IMG/VR virus record: IMGVR_UViG_3300025894_000009
From: an uncultured virus (IMG/VR IMGVR_UViG_3300025894_000009)
Taxonomy: Duplodnaviria > Heunggongvirae > Uroviricota > Caudoviricetes
Strand: one strand, 5' to 3'
Length of the DNA stretch: 20,000 nucleotides
In this document: piece by piece, positions 8,493 to 16,784 of the stretch
How the letters are laid out: each line of letters starts with the position of its first letter
Position numbering within the stretch: the stretch's first letter is position 1
Notes under the pieces: generated by a model
Database searches by the model: none
The model's input: the letters and a program-made list of their open reading frames with translations, nothing else
What the model was told of the DNA's origin: nothing
Program-made: the position numbers and the translations under genes

Positions 8493-9057
8493 CTTTAACC
8501 TCAGACCTAACCGCAAAGCGATCGGCTACTTCTTCTAGATAAGCGATTACAGATTCAGGTGATGTTACACTATAAGGATCATCTTCACAAAGATCTATCT
8601 TGCCAGGTTCTTCGAATCCTTGTTCGATAACACTATCGGTAACTACCATAGCATATCGCCAAGATCGGTGACCAAAGCCAAGATTATCTTTATCTACCAA
8701 CATGCCAAGTGCTTTCGTAAACTTACCAGAACCATCGGGAATCATCTTGATGTTTTCCACCCCTTGAGCCTTAGCCCAAGCATTCATCACAAATGCATCA
8801 TTGACTGATACACAATAAACATCATCCACATGAAGAGACTTAATGCATTCATAAGCTTCTTCAAAGCCAGGTACTTGGTATGTTGAACACGTAGGTGTGA
8901 ATGCCCCAGGCAAGCTGAAAACAACCACGCGCTTATTCTCGAATAAATCATCAGTGGTTTTGTCTTCCCAACGATAGGGATTGTCACCGCCGATTGATTC
9001 ATCGCGAACTCGTGTTTTAAAGACTACCTGAGGTAGTAGTCGTCCTTGTAGTTCCAT
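8476..9057 (-). CDS. Peroxiredoxin (PRX5/type II, Redoxin family), auxiliary gene
   Basis: VVFSLPGAFTPTCS peroxidatic motif, SVNDAFVMNAW, IPDGSG.FT, and GFG.RSWRYAMVV. Confidence 0.95.
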   Translation of the reverse strand: MELQGRLLPQVVFKTRVRDESIGGDNPYRWEDKTTDDLFENKRVVVFSLPGAFTPTCSTYQVPGFEEAYECIKSLHVDDVYCVSVNDAFVMNAWAKAQGVENIKMIPDGSGKFTKALGMLVDKDNLGFGHRSWRYAMVVTDSVIEQGFEEPGKIDLCEDDPYSVTSPESVIAYLEEVADRFAVRSEVKDAEVA

Positions 9058-9072
9058 TATATAGTTCTCCTA

Positions 9073-9522
9073 TCAATCGACCAAAAGTTCTCTTGTGGAA
9101 CCGATGGCTATTTTCTTGGGTCTTTTCTCTTCTGGAATAATTCGTTCCAATTGAATAGTTAAAAGACCATTGACATACTCGGCTCCTTGCACTTCAATAT
9201 CATCAGCTAGAGTGAATGAACGAGTAAATTTCTTTCTTGAAATACCGCGATGAAGATATTCGCCAGTAACATTATCATCGCTAGATTCATCCCACGCGGA
9301 TTTGACAGTCAAGGTATTTTCTTTGTGCTCGATGTCAATATCTTCTTGGTTGAGTCCGGCGAGAGCAATGTCGATGTAGAACTTCTCGTCATCCCTGCGG
9401 ATATTGTATGGGGGGAATCCTTGGTTATTTGGATGCTGGTGCGACTGCTCCAACAACCGATCGAACATGCGATCGAAACCAACGGAATAGGGGGTTAACG
9501 TATTAAGGTTAAATCGTGTCAT
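9073..9522 (-). CDS. hsp20: Small heat shock protein Hsp20 (IbpA/B-like)
   Basis: VGFDRMF, FPPYNI, IALAG, YLHRGIS..KFTRSFTLAD, NGLL.I.LERIIPEEKRPKKI.I. Start reassigned to 9522 because of the AAGGAG SD. Confidence 0.95.
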   Translation of the reverse strand: MTRFNLNTLTPYSVGFDRMFDRLLEQSHQHPNNQGFPPYNIRRDDEKFYIDIALAGLNQEDIDIEHKENTLTVKSAWDESSDDNVTGEYLHRGISRKKFTRSFTLADDIEVQGAEYVNGLLTIQLERIIPEEKRPKKIAIGSTRELLVD

Positions 9523-9606
9523 TGTGCTATCTCCTTTTAAGCAAGACATTTAGTTTTGTGTAGGTAAAACCCTACGGTTCAATGGGACCCTTTCGGCATC
9601 CCACGG
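9523..9606 (-). promoter_or_regulatory. ROSE-like RNA thermometer in the hsp20 5' UTR
   Basis: Three hairpins. The last, UGUCUUGCU-UAAA-AGGAGAUA, pairs the UUGCU motif with the SD and leaves a bulged G, which is the ROSE hallmark. Confidence 0.75.
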
Positions 9607-9610
9607 AATT

Positions 9611-9618
9611 TATTTATA
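9611..9618 (-). promoter_or_regulatory. T4-type late promoter for hsp20-prx
   Basis: TATAAATA on the - strand immediately after the dUTPase stop and immediately before the structured UTR. Confidence 0.8.
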
Positions 9619-10131
9619 TCAGTTTGTACTGCCTAGACCACCGTCACGATCAGTTTTTTGTTCGGGTTTTGTCTTTGTTTCTGATATAGAATACTTCAGA
9701 GTCTTCTGTAGCATTCCTTGAGCGATTCTCTCCCCGTTCTTTAATAACACCAATGTATCAGATACATTATGAAGAACGACGAATAGCGGATCGACATAGT
9801 CGCTATCAATGATACCAGTGCTATTCGCTAGTGTCAACCCTTTCTTTAGAGCGACAGATGAACGAACATACATTTTAAGGACATGATCCTTCGGAATGTC
9901 GAATATCAATCCAGTGGGGATCAATACTCGTTGTTCTGGTGGAATCTTGATGGCATGGACACCATCGACCCTTTCTTTTGCTACAATCGGTGCTTCTTTA
10001 TTCCAAGCATTATAACTCTTCAGAAATTCCATAGGAGCAAAACATGCCTTGAGATCAAAGCATGCAGACCCTTCGGTTGCAAATTCTGGGAGTTCAGCTA
10101 ACTCTGTGTGTTTAAAGACTTTCATATTCAT
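9619..10131 (-). CDS. dut: Trimeric dUTPase
   Basis: Motifs GSACFDL, LIPTGL, RSS.ALK.GL, GIIDSDY, GERIAQ and RDGGLGST. Confidence 0.95.
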   Translation of the reverse strand: MNMKVFKHTELAELPEFATEGSACFDLKACFAPMEFLKSYNAWNKEAPIVAKERVDGVHAIKIPPEQRVLIPTGLIFDIPKDHVLKMYVRSSVALKKGLTLANSTGIIDSDYVDPLFVVLHNVSDTLVLLKNGERIAQGMLQKTLKYSISETKTKPEQKTDRDGGLGSTN

Positions 10132-10139
10132 AACCTCAT

Positions 10140-10168
10140 ATTATAACATAAGCCGAATGGCTTGTCAA
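10140..10168 (-). promoter_or_regulatory. Sigma70-type promoter for dut
   Basis: TTGACA-17 nt-TATAAT with an extended -10 TG; perfect consensus. Confidence 0.85.
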
Positions 10169-10171
10169 CAA

Positions 10172-10579
10172 TTATTTTTTACCAATATTATACTTTACTG
10201 TCAAATCCCAATCATTTTTGTCTTTAAATGATATAATCTTAATCTGGTTTAAAGGAGCAATAGGGTCAGAGGCTTTTTCTTTTTCTAATACCTTGATCAG
10301 TTCCCATTCTTCTAAAAGATTAACGATTGTGTTCCGGCGGGCCACATCTTCTTCGGTCAACGTATTGTGCTTTCCGTCGAGGATGAATAATTCTTTAAAA
10401 TGTAAAATTGAATATCTGCCTTTCTTATGCAGAATATGACAGGACTGATACAGTTTCTTTTCCTTGCGTGAAGAAATGCCTATCCTTGTGAGTGTCTCTC
10501 TTACTTTTAAGAAGTTGTCTTGATTCGGCAATTCGATTTCAATGCCGACACCTTTAAATAAATTCTCTACAGACTCCAT
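10172..10579 (-). CDS. regA: Translational repressor RegA
   Basis: FLKVRETLTRIGISSRKEKKLYQSCHILHKKGRYSILHFKELF.LDG...RRNTIV.LL.EW...KYNIG. Confidence 0.97.
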   Translation of the reverse strand: MESVENLFKGVGIEIELPNQDNFLKVRETLTRIGISSRKEKKLYQSCHILHKKGRYSILHFKELFILDGKHNTLTEEDVARRNTIVNLLEEWELIKVLEKEKASDPIAPLNQIKIISFKDKNDWDLTVKYNIGKK

Positions 10580-10647
10580 ACTGCAAAATCACCTTATTAT
10601 TATATTATCGTGGAAATTAAAAAGTCATTGATTGTATTTAGGAGTTA

Positions 10648-11046
10648 TCAATTTCCACCCTTCTCTAGTCTAGAGTGCACCGTTAACATATCGGTTTTAG
10701 ACAGGGCTTTAAGGTAAAGCTTTGCAATAGACCTCGAACACTGATAGACTTGCTGGATAGCATCAAGATCTACGTCCTGTTCTGGTTTGTGCCATTTAGA
10801 GAATCTTTTCCTTTTTCTGAGAACAGCACGATAATAATCAAACTGCGCCGCAGCAAATAAATGGTGTCTCTGATTCATTTCATTTACATGTAGGATAGAG
10901 TCGTCAAAGAAAGAGAGCCCTCGATTCACGATAAAGGGCAGATACTCTTTCTCCGTCATAGCAGGATTATCAGATTCTCTTATAAGATCTTTCTTGCTAT
11001 CAGAAACAGCTGAGATGAAATCAAACGGACTTAGGTCTTTCACCAT
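10648..11046 (-). CDS. gp62: Clamp loader small subunit gp62
   Basis: YLPFIVNRGLSFF.D.IL.VNEMN...QFDYY...LRKRKRFSKW; lies upstream of regA. Confidence 0.93.
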   Translation of the reverse strand: MVKDLSPFDFISAVSDSKKDLIRESDNPAMTEKEYLPFIVNRGLSFFDDSILHVNEMNQRHHLFAAAQFDYYRAVLRKRKRFSKWHKPEQDVDLDAIQQVYQCSRSIAKLYLKALSKTDMLTVHSRLEKGGN

Positions 11047-11209
11047 GAACCTCCTCTATATCTTTTAAGATCTTATCGAACACATCGGCACAATTGCCAC
11101 AAACCTTGACCTTATGTTTGCCTTCCATCGTGTTCATGGTAATCTCGTAAAGATCAGATTTCACCTTAATACTTTTTCCACAATTAAAACATTTCCTTGA
11201 GATAAACAT
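11021..11209 (-). CDS. Small zinc-ribbon protein (62 aa)
   Basis: CFNC...CGNC pair; inserted between gp44 and gp62. Confidence 0.65.
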   Translation of the reverse strand: MFISRKCFNCGKSIKVKSDLYEITMNTMEGKHKVKVCGNCADVFDKILKDIEEVHGERPKSV

Positions 11210-11219
11210 TATTAATTCC

Positions 11220-12167
11220 CTATTTAAACTCCGATTCGATCATAATCTCTGTCAAGAAAGCAACCATGTTAATCTCTTGATCAGCAACGAAATTAGCCTT
11301 GTACATATAATCTGCAAGTGTAACCACCAACCCAGGCATGGATTTGAAATCTATCTTCTCATTGGCAGTATCATAGATTCTACGAAACAATTCATTCATG
11401 TCTTGATCTGAGTTTCTAGCCACCCATTTTCGCATCTCGGTAAAGTTTTTCTGTTTAAGCAGATTGAAAAGTTCATCTACCGATTCTTGTTTCAGATTGA
11501 CAAAGATGCCTTCATCGATGGCGCCAGATCCAGCATAGGATTGGAGTTCGGTGAGCACACGTCGGAAGTCGGGGAAATATTTTTCGATGACTTTGGCCAC
11601 AACTTTCTTTTCGTATTTCACACCTTCCATATCAAGAATAGTGGTAACACGCTTGAAGAAGCACATAGCCAATTGAGGCCTTTCTTCTGGATTGATAGAG
11701 AAGTCTACCTCAGAGAGTCGCGACCGGAGGGGTTCAATAATTCTATTCTTGAAATTACAGGTGAAGATAAAGCCACAATTGGACGAATATTCTTCTATGA
11801 AGTTTCGAAGAGCAGGTTGAACAGATGTGGCATTCAGATAATCTGCCTCATCGAATATTACATATTTACGGCCACCAGTGAGAGACACGGCAGAAGCAAA
11901 CGTAGAGATGTCATACCGAATAGAATCGATATTCACATTTAAAGAACCATTTTTTACAATATAGTCACAACCTAGTTCATCGAGCATTGCCTTTGCGATA
12001 GTAGTCTTACCAACGCCAGGTGTACCAGTTAAAAGTAGATTGGGTATTGTGCCATCTTCAACGAACTTCTTGAATGAGGCTTTTGTCTTTTCAGGTAGGA
12101 TGGTGTCATCAATTTTTTGTGGACGATATTTTTCCACGTACAGCACTTCATTGGATTTAAAATCCAT
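11220..12167 (-). CDS. gp44: Clamp loader ATPase subunit gp44
   Basis: VEKYRP, Walker A GTPGVGKT, Walker B IFDEAD, FIFTCN, PLRSR and FPDFRR. Confidence 0.97.
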   Translation of the reverse strand: MDFKSNEVLYVEKYRPQKIDDTILPEKTKASFKKFVEDGTIPNLLLTGTPGVGKTTIAKAMLDELGCDYIVKNGSLNVNIDSIRYDISTFASAVSLTGGRKYVIFDEADYLNATSVQPALRNFIEEYSSNCGFIFTCNFKNRIIEPLRSRLSEVDFSINPEERPQLAMCFFKRVTTILDMEGVKYEKKVVAKVIEKYFPDFRRVLTELQSYAGSGAIDEGIFVNLKQESVDELFNLLKQKNFTEMRKWVARNSDQDMNELFRRIYDTANEKIDFKSMPGLVVTLADYMYKANFVADQEINMVAFLTEIMIESEFK

Positions 12168-12200
12168 AGCATAATCACCTTAATCATAATATAAAAAAAC

Positions 12201-12229
12201 ATAATAACACACTTGACGGTCAATGTCAA
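12201..12229 (-). promoter_or_regulatory. Sigma70-type promoter for gp44-gp62-regA
   Basis: TTGACA-17 nt-TATTAT with an extended TG. Confidence 0.75.
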
Positions 12230-12230
12230 G

Positions 12231-12256
12231 AAAAACATGGGGGCACGAGGCCCCCA
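12231..12256 (-). terminator. Rho-independent terminator
   Basis: TGGGGGC-CTCGT-GCCCCCA followed by TGTTTTT on the - strand. Confidence 0.85.
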
Positions 12257-12269
12257 CCAATAGGTAATC

Positions 12270-12539
12270 TTAGTTGACTACCAAATTTGCAAGTTCACCC
12301 TGAGGTTGCTCAGAGATCTGTACTTCCTCATTTGCAGCCTGTTGTGCTTGTTGATCCTGCTGAGGAGAATTCTGCTGGAGATATGTTTCAAACTTATCTC
12401 GGAGCATACCTACGCCTCGAAGTTCATTACCCTGAAAGGCACCACGACGTGAAACCACATCGATTACTTGTAGAGCAGTGGCAATATCATTCAAAGTGAT
12501 TGATACTTGCTCTTGTTCTTGCTGTTGTTGTTCACTCAT
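12270..12539 (-). CDS. Hypothetical phage protein (89 aa, Gln-rich ends)
   Basis: Core ITLNDI...LQVIDVVSRRGAFQG.EL..VG.L resembles a family recalled from aquatic T4-like phages; SD AAGGA. Confidence 0.75.
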   Translation of the reverse strand: MSEQQQQEQEQVSITLNDIATALQVIDVVSRRGAFQGNELRGVGMLRDKFETYLQQNSPQQDQQAQQAANEEVQISEQPQGELANLVVN

Positions 12540-12542
12540 AAT

Positions 12543-13208
12543 TTATATTCCTTTGTTATAAGTCGACTTAGAATCAATAGCCACAAAATATGTGGCCGTT
12601 TTACCCTTAAATTGTGAAATTCCCTTGGAGCACAAAACAACTTCATAATCTTGGGACAGGAGTTTTAGATTATCAGTTTTAATGATGATCTCGAACTCAT
12701 CGGCAGTTTCACCAATTTCAATGCCGTAATCATCGGCACCTTTATTGGAACTGTCGATTGCTTTGAGGTAACACTTTCCGTCGGTACCAACGAAAGCAAC
12801 CTCACTGAATTGGAGGACCCCGGCTGCCTTTACAACAGACTGAAGATCATCCCATCCAACATTCACTTTAACATCTTCAGAAGGAATTGTGATTTCCTTT
12901 GACGGTGGTACGTGAATCATTGAGATATCTGCGAAGACATATTTTGTCTTACGCTTTCCCTCTGAGATAGTAAAATATTTATCATGAAATTTTACATCGG
13001 GTTCATTATATAGACTCAAAATCGAAATGAATCGAGATAAGTCGTAAATACAAGCCTCTGACGGGATTTCATCATCAATATTAGCCTTGGCGATCAAGGT
13101 CTTCTCAGGGGTAATAGTTCTTAATTCTTGACCAGGTTGCAGCAAGATAGACTTGTTGATGGTCGAAAAAGACTTTAACACCGAGAGAGTATTTTCACTG
13201 AATTTCAT
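12543..13208 (-). CDS. gp45: DNA polymerase sliding clamp gp45
   Basis: MKFSENTLSVLKSFSTINKSILL, IYDLSRF and NLKLL..DY.V; lies upstream of gp44. Confidence 0.95.
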   Translation of the reverse strand: MKFSENTLSVLKSFSTINKSILLQPGQELRTITPEKTLIAKANIDDEIPSEACIYDLSRFISILSLYNEPDVKFHDKYFTISEGKRKTKYVFADISMIHVPPSKEITIPSEDVKVNVGWDDLQSVVKAAGVLQFSEVAFVGTDGKCYLKAIDSSNKGADDYGIEIGETADEFEIIIKTDNLKLLSQDYEVVLCSKGISQFKGKTATYFVAIDSKSTYNKGI

Positions 13209-13225
13209 TATATAAAAGCTCCAAT

Positions 13226-14116
13226 TTATTTACGGTTTTGTTTAAACTTTGAGGGTTTACGATAATTCTTTTTGGATGAAGAAGAATCAGCAGTAGCAGT
13301 AAGTCTTAGCTTAGACATCTTGCCAAGATCTGCCTTATACAGGTGACTACCAACGTGAGTTAATTTCATCCAAGGACACATCCAAATTTTCATGCCGATG
13401 TCTCGAGTCTTTCGACAGAAGTAATAATCTTCAGATAGGTATCGTCTGCTTTCTGGATCGATCATACAATCAAAGAATGCAGTGATTTCATTAGTCCCAT
13501 CAAAATTTTCTGTTCGAGCATGGTCAGGTCGATATCGTTGTTCTGGATATGCCTCGGCCCATCTTTCAAACGTGTCTCTAGGTATCAACATAAACCCAGT
13601 ACCCGATTCACCAACCTGAACTGGTTGACCCATTTTAGGATCTGGTGTATCAACAATGTTGAAAACATAATCGGCAGAATATTCTTCTAGTTCCCAAGGA
13701 TTCACATCACCCATGCCCATCTTTGCTGCAATATTAATTTTTTCCCAAGCGATAGTCTTTTTGGGATAAGGAGCGCAGATGACGTTTACATCTTTTTCGT
13801 TCTTGGTTTGAATACCGATCATGGCCAAGACATCTCTTGGGTCAAAGCCAATGTCCGAATCTATGAACAATAAATGAGTACAGTCAGATCGCAAGAATTC
13901 ATCTACGATATAATTCCTTGCTCTTTGTACTAAACTTTCGTTGAATAAGAAATACTGCCGTAGATAGATATTATTAGCACCACAGATCGTAGAAAGATCT
14001 GCTACGGATTTTGTGTAGAGACCATGACAGTTCCCACCGTACATTGGAGTACCAAGAAAGATTCTTGTCTTTTGCAAATCTTCTCCGGTGATTGATGTCT
14101 TTGTTGGATCTATCAT
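13226..14116 (-). CDS. GT-A fold (GT2-like) glycosyltransferase
   Basis: IFLGTPMYGG, NESLVQRARN, THLLFIDSDIGF (DxD motif), GTGFMLI.R, YLSEDYYFC and L.H.G. Confidence 0.8.
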   Translation of the reverse strand: MIDPTKTSITGEDLQKTRIFLGTPMYGGNCHGLYTKSVADLSTICGANNIYLRQYFLFNESLVQRARNYIVDEFLRSDCTHLLFIDSDIGFDPRDVLAMIGIQTKNEKDVNVICAPYPKKTIAWEKINIAAKMGMGDVNPWELEEYSADYVFNIVDTPDPKMGQPVQVGESGTGFMLIPRDTFERWAEAYPEQRYRPDHARTENFDGTNEITAFFDCMIDPESRRYLSEDYYFCRKTRDIGMKIWMCPWMKLTHVGSHLYKADLGKMSKLRLTATADSSSSKKNYRKPSKFKQNRK

Positions 14117-14124
14117 ATTATTCC

Positions 14125-14328
14125 TTAGAAGTATTTGTTGAGCATTGCAATTTTATCATGCCATTCTGCCATAGAGGCCAATTCCTTTTCAATCGTCTCG
14201 ATCAAATCAGAGTGTTCTGCAACACCAACTGGATTTCTCAAAAACAATTCTACATTCATTCTGTGTTTCTCAATCTGGCCTCGAAAGTAATCGGTTGCAG
14301 ATTCTATAATTTCTTCTCGCATATCCAT
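14125..14328 (-). CDS. Hypothetical phage protein (67 aa)
   Basis: GQIEKHRMNVE..L.NPVGVAEH.D..E.IE.EL resembles a family recalled from aquatic T4-like phages; SD GGAG. Confidence 0.75.
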   Translation of the reverse strand: MDMREEIIESATDYFRGQIEKHRMNVELFLRNPVGVAEHSDLIETIEKELASMAEWHDKIAMLNKYF

Positions 14329-14343
14329 CTTTATAACTCCATA

Positions 14344-14372
14344 ATTATAACAGACTTTGGGTCACTTGTCAA
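14344..14372 (-). promoter_or_regulatory. Sigma70-type promoter for the 67-aa ORF, GT2 and gp45
   Basis: TTGACA-17 nt-TATAAT with an extended TG; the -35 element lies in the last codons of the dehydrogenase gene. Confidence 0.85.
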
Positions 14373-15219
14373 CCCCTCTCATCGTTTTGTTAATATTAAC
14401 TGCACTTTCTAGTAAATTAAGGACATAATCGTCACCCAATTCTTTAGAATAGTTCACAAAGGCAGAAGTGTCCTTTGGAAAGCAGTTACCTCCGAAGCCT
14501 CGTTGTCCGTCTGGGCCTGGCACTTTCATATGGCTGGATCCCATACGAGGCTCTTGTGCCAGAATATCGGTAAAGGTATTCCAAGAATCGGTCGTGCCAG
14601 AATTCTCAAATACATTATTAATCTCATTGAAGAATGTTACTTTCATAGCAAGAAAAGAATTAATAGTATATTTCAACATACTGGCTGTGACTGCATCTAC
14701 CTTATACGTTGCACATAATCGAACGTTACTGTAATTATTGTATGCGCGTTCTACGACTGTGCAATCTTCGAACTTTCCACCAAGAATTTGGAAGGGCGGA
14801 TTTACGAAATCATTTCTGGCGTTAGCCTCTGTCAAGAACTCTGGGTTATAGACAATCTTAAGGCCTTGGAATTTAGCCAACATCGCCTTGATATTACCAG
14901 GCTGTACCGTACTCTTTAACACGACAATACCTTTATATCGGAGTCGAGCTAATTCAGCAAATACAGATTCGATTATCGAATTATCTTGATTACCATCAGC
15001 GTCGGGTGGTGTTGGAACGCAGACAAATGTGAGTTGTGGATTGAACATGATCAAATCATCATAGTCGAACTCGTCGAGTCTAGGATCGATGATCAGTTGT
15101 TTTGTGTAGTCGTTCTCGAAGCCAAAAGACACGGAACTCCCAACGAAACCGTACCCGATGACCCCGATTCTTAATGCGTTAGTCATGATGTTTGCTTGCT
15201 CTCTTGTTAATGCGGTCAT
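14362..15219 (-). CDS. UDP-glucose/GDP-mannose 6-dehydrogenase family protein (short form)
   Basis: GYGFVG Rossmann motif, FVCVPTP, KSTV.PG, YNPEFL.E, KY..NSFLA.KVTFFNE, and catalytic GFGGNCFPKD. Start placed at 15219 because of GGAGG. Confidence 0.9.
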   Translation of the reverse strand: MTALTREQANIMTNALRIGVIGYGFVGSSVSFGFENDYTKQLIIDPRLDEFDYDDLIMFNPQLTFVCVPTPPDADGNQDNSIIESVFAELARLRYKGIVVLKSTVQPGNIKAMLAKFQGLKIVYNPEFLTEANARNDFVNPPFQILGGKFEDCTVVERAYNNYSNVRLCATYKVDAVTASMLKYTINSFLAMKVTFFNEINNVFENSGTTDSWNTFTDILAQEPRMGSSHMKVPGPDGQRGFGGNCFPKDTSAFVNYSKELGDDYVLNLLESAVNINKTMRGVDK

Positions 15220-15249
15220 AGTACCTCCCATAATATTGTATATTTTTAT

Positions 15250-15867
15250 TTAGTCCAAAAACTCAACACGGTCAATGAATTGTAACCGCATCACGTCAGC
15301 CATGATGTCATAGGCACTATCGTGAGCTTTAAAATTACTTTCCCAATTACTATCGGGAACCTCAAAGCCATTTTTTCTAGGGAAATTGAGTTTTGCATCG
15401 ATCCAGGTTCTGGTGTCCCTCAGTTTATAATGAGGAAGGTATTCGTGAACCGTATTCAATTTGCCGGCAGCTTCGAAGAGTCGCCATAGGATAAGAGGAT
15501 CAAAAGAATTAGAACGAGACCACCAGCAAGAGATCTTACCATGAGGTCGGATATATTCTAGGAACTCATCACAGAATTCTCTAACGGTCAAATCAGCCGG
15601 AGATGGCTTGATGTTTCTTCTGACTTCTTTGGGTAGGGTCATCCACCACTCTAATGTGCTTTCTTCAATGCCGAAGTTATGATCTTCTACCTGATGCTTT
15701 ACATTGAGTTTGAATTTTTTACATTCACCAACATCGGCGAATGAATAGGGGGTATTGGATTGGAATCTGTCCCAGTCGAAAACCAGAGCAGACATATCAA
15801 CGACAGCACATGAGTTCATGTCAGTGCCCATCGTTTCGAAATCAATAATTACGTGTTTTTTAGTCAT
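15250..15867 (-). CDS. dexA: DEDDh 3'-5' exonuclease (DexA-like)
   Basis: IIDFETMG (ExoI), TLEWW, WSRSNSFD (ExoII), RDTRT, and HDSAYD (ExoIII). Confidence 0.85.
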   Translation of the reverse strand: MTKKHVIIDFETMGTDMNSCAVVDMSALVFDWDRFQSNTPYSFADVGECKKFKLNVKHQVEDHNFGIEESTLEWWMTLPKEVRRNIKPSPADLTVREFCDEFLEYIRPHGKISCWWSRSNSFDPLILWRLFEAAGKLNTVHEYLPHYKLRDTRTWIDAKLNFPRKNGFEVPDSNWESNFKAHDSAYDIMADVMRLQFIDRVEFLD

Positions 15868-15891
15868 AATATAATACCGCGTCAATGAAAC

Positions 15892-15899
15892 TATTTATA
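15892..15899 (-). promoter_or_regulatory. T4-type late promoter upstream of dexA
   Basis: TATAAATA on the - strand in the intergenic gap. Confidence 0.6.
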
Positions 15900-15911
15900 T
15901 AGCTTCTGTTT

Positions 15912-16784
15912 TTAAGTGGTGGCGAATTCTCGTTTCGTGATATATTCTACCAAATCGTGTCTTGGTTCCCACCCAAGTTCCCTTATCTTATCCGTAATAA
16001 CGGGTGCAGACATACGGTTACCTCTTGCTCCTGGTCCCATTTCGAAATCAGCATCGAAAAGTATCGCCACATCGATAATAGAATAAGCATCTGGATGTCC
16101 TATCCCGTACTCATCGCCATGTCCCTGCTCTCCGATAAGCATCAATCCATCGACAATATCATCAATGTGGGTAAAGTTTCTTTCTTGTGTACCAGGTGAC
16201 GTGATTGTCAACGTCTCGCCCTTGGCTTTCTTCTCAGCAAATTTTGCAATCAAAGTAGCATATTTGCCCTGTGAGATTTCACCCGGGCCATACACATTGT
16301 AAAAATAAGAAATAGCATAGTCCAGACCATACCATTCACCAAATTTCTTTACGAGTTCTGTATTCTGGGCCTTTGAGAATGCATATGGACTCATTACATA
16401 ACCTGGAGTCTGATCTGCAAACTTTGTACTAGAACCAGCATACACTACCTTTGCTTCCCATTTCAAAGCAAGTTTTAGAATATTGTAGGTTCCATTTGTA
16501 TTGAACTCATGGACAAGATCGACATCATCGAAGCTCTGTTCCACTCTAGAATATTCACCCAGATGATATACCAGAGTAGGTCTTATTTTGAAAGTCCATT
16601 CTTGCAATTCAGCTGTAGATTTCTGAAAGTACGTGACGTTAGGCAAATCGACATGACTATCCCAAGAACCAGTGAAATAGTTATCCACTGATATAATTGT
16701 ATTTTCTGGATTTTCTGCAAGTCTTTTAACCAGGTTACTGCCAACAAATCCAGCACCACCTGTGACCAAAATTACATTATGCAT
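15912..16784 (-). CDS. NAD-dependent nucleotide-sugar epimerase/dehydratase (extended SDR)
   Basis: ILVTGGAGFVGS, YAGSS, YAFSK (YxxxK), YFYNVYGP and RNFTHIDDIV.GL. Start reassigned to 16784 (MHNVILVTGG). Confidence 0.92.
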   Translation of the reverse strand: MHNVILVTGGAGFVGSNLVKRLAENPENTIISVDNYFTGSWDSHVDLPNVTYFQKSTAELQEWTFKIRPTLVYHLGEYSRVEQSFDDVDLVHEFNTNGTYNILKLALKWEAKVVYAGSSTKFADQTPGYVMSPYAFSKAQNTELVKKFGEWYGLDYAISYFYNVYGPGEISQGKYATLIAKFAEKKAKGETLTITSPGTQERNFTHIDDIVDGLMLIGEQGHGDEYGIGHPDAYSIIDVAILFDADFEMGPGARGNRMSAPVITDKIRELGWEPRHDLVEYITKREFATT

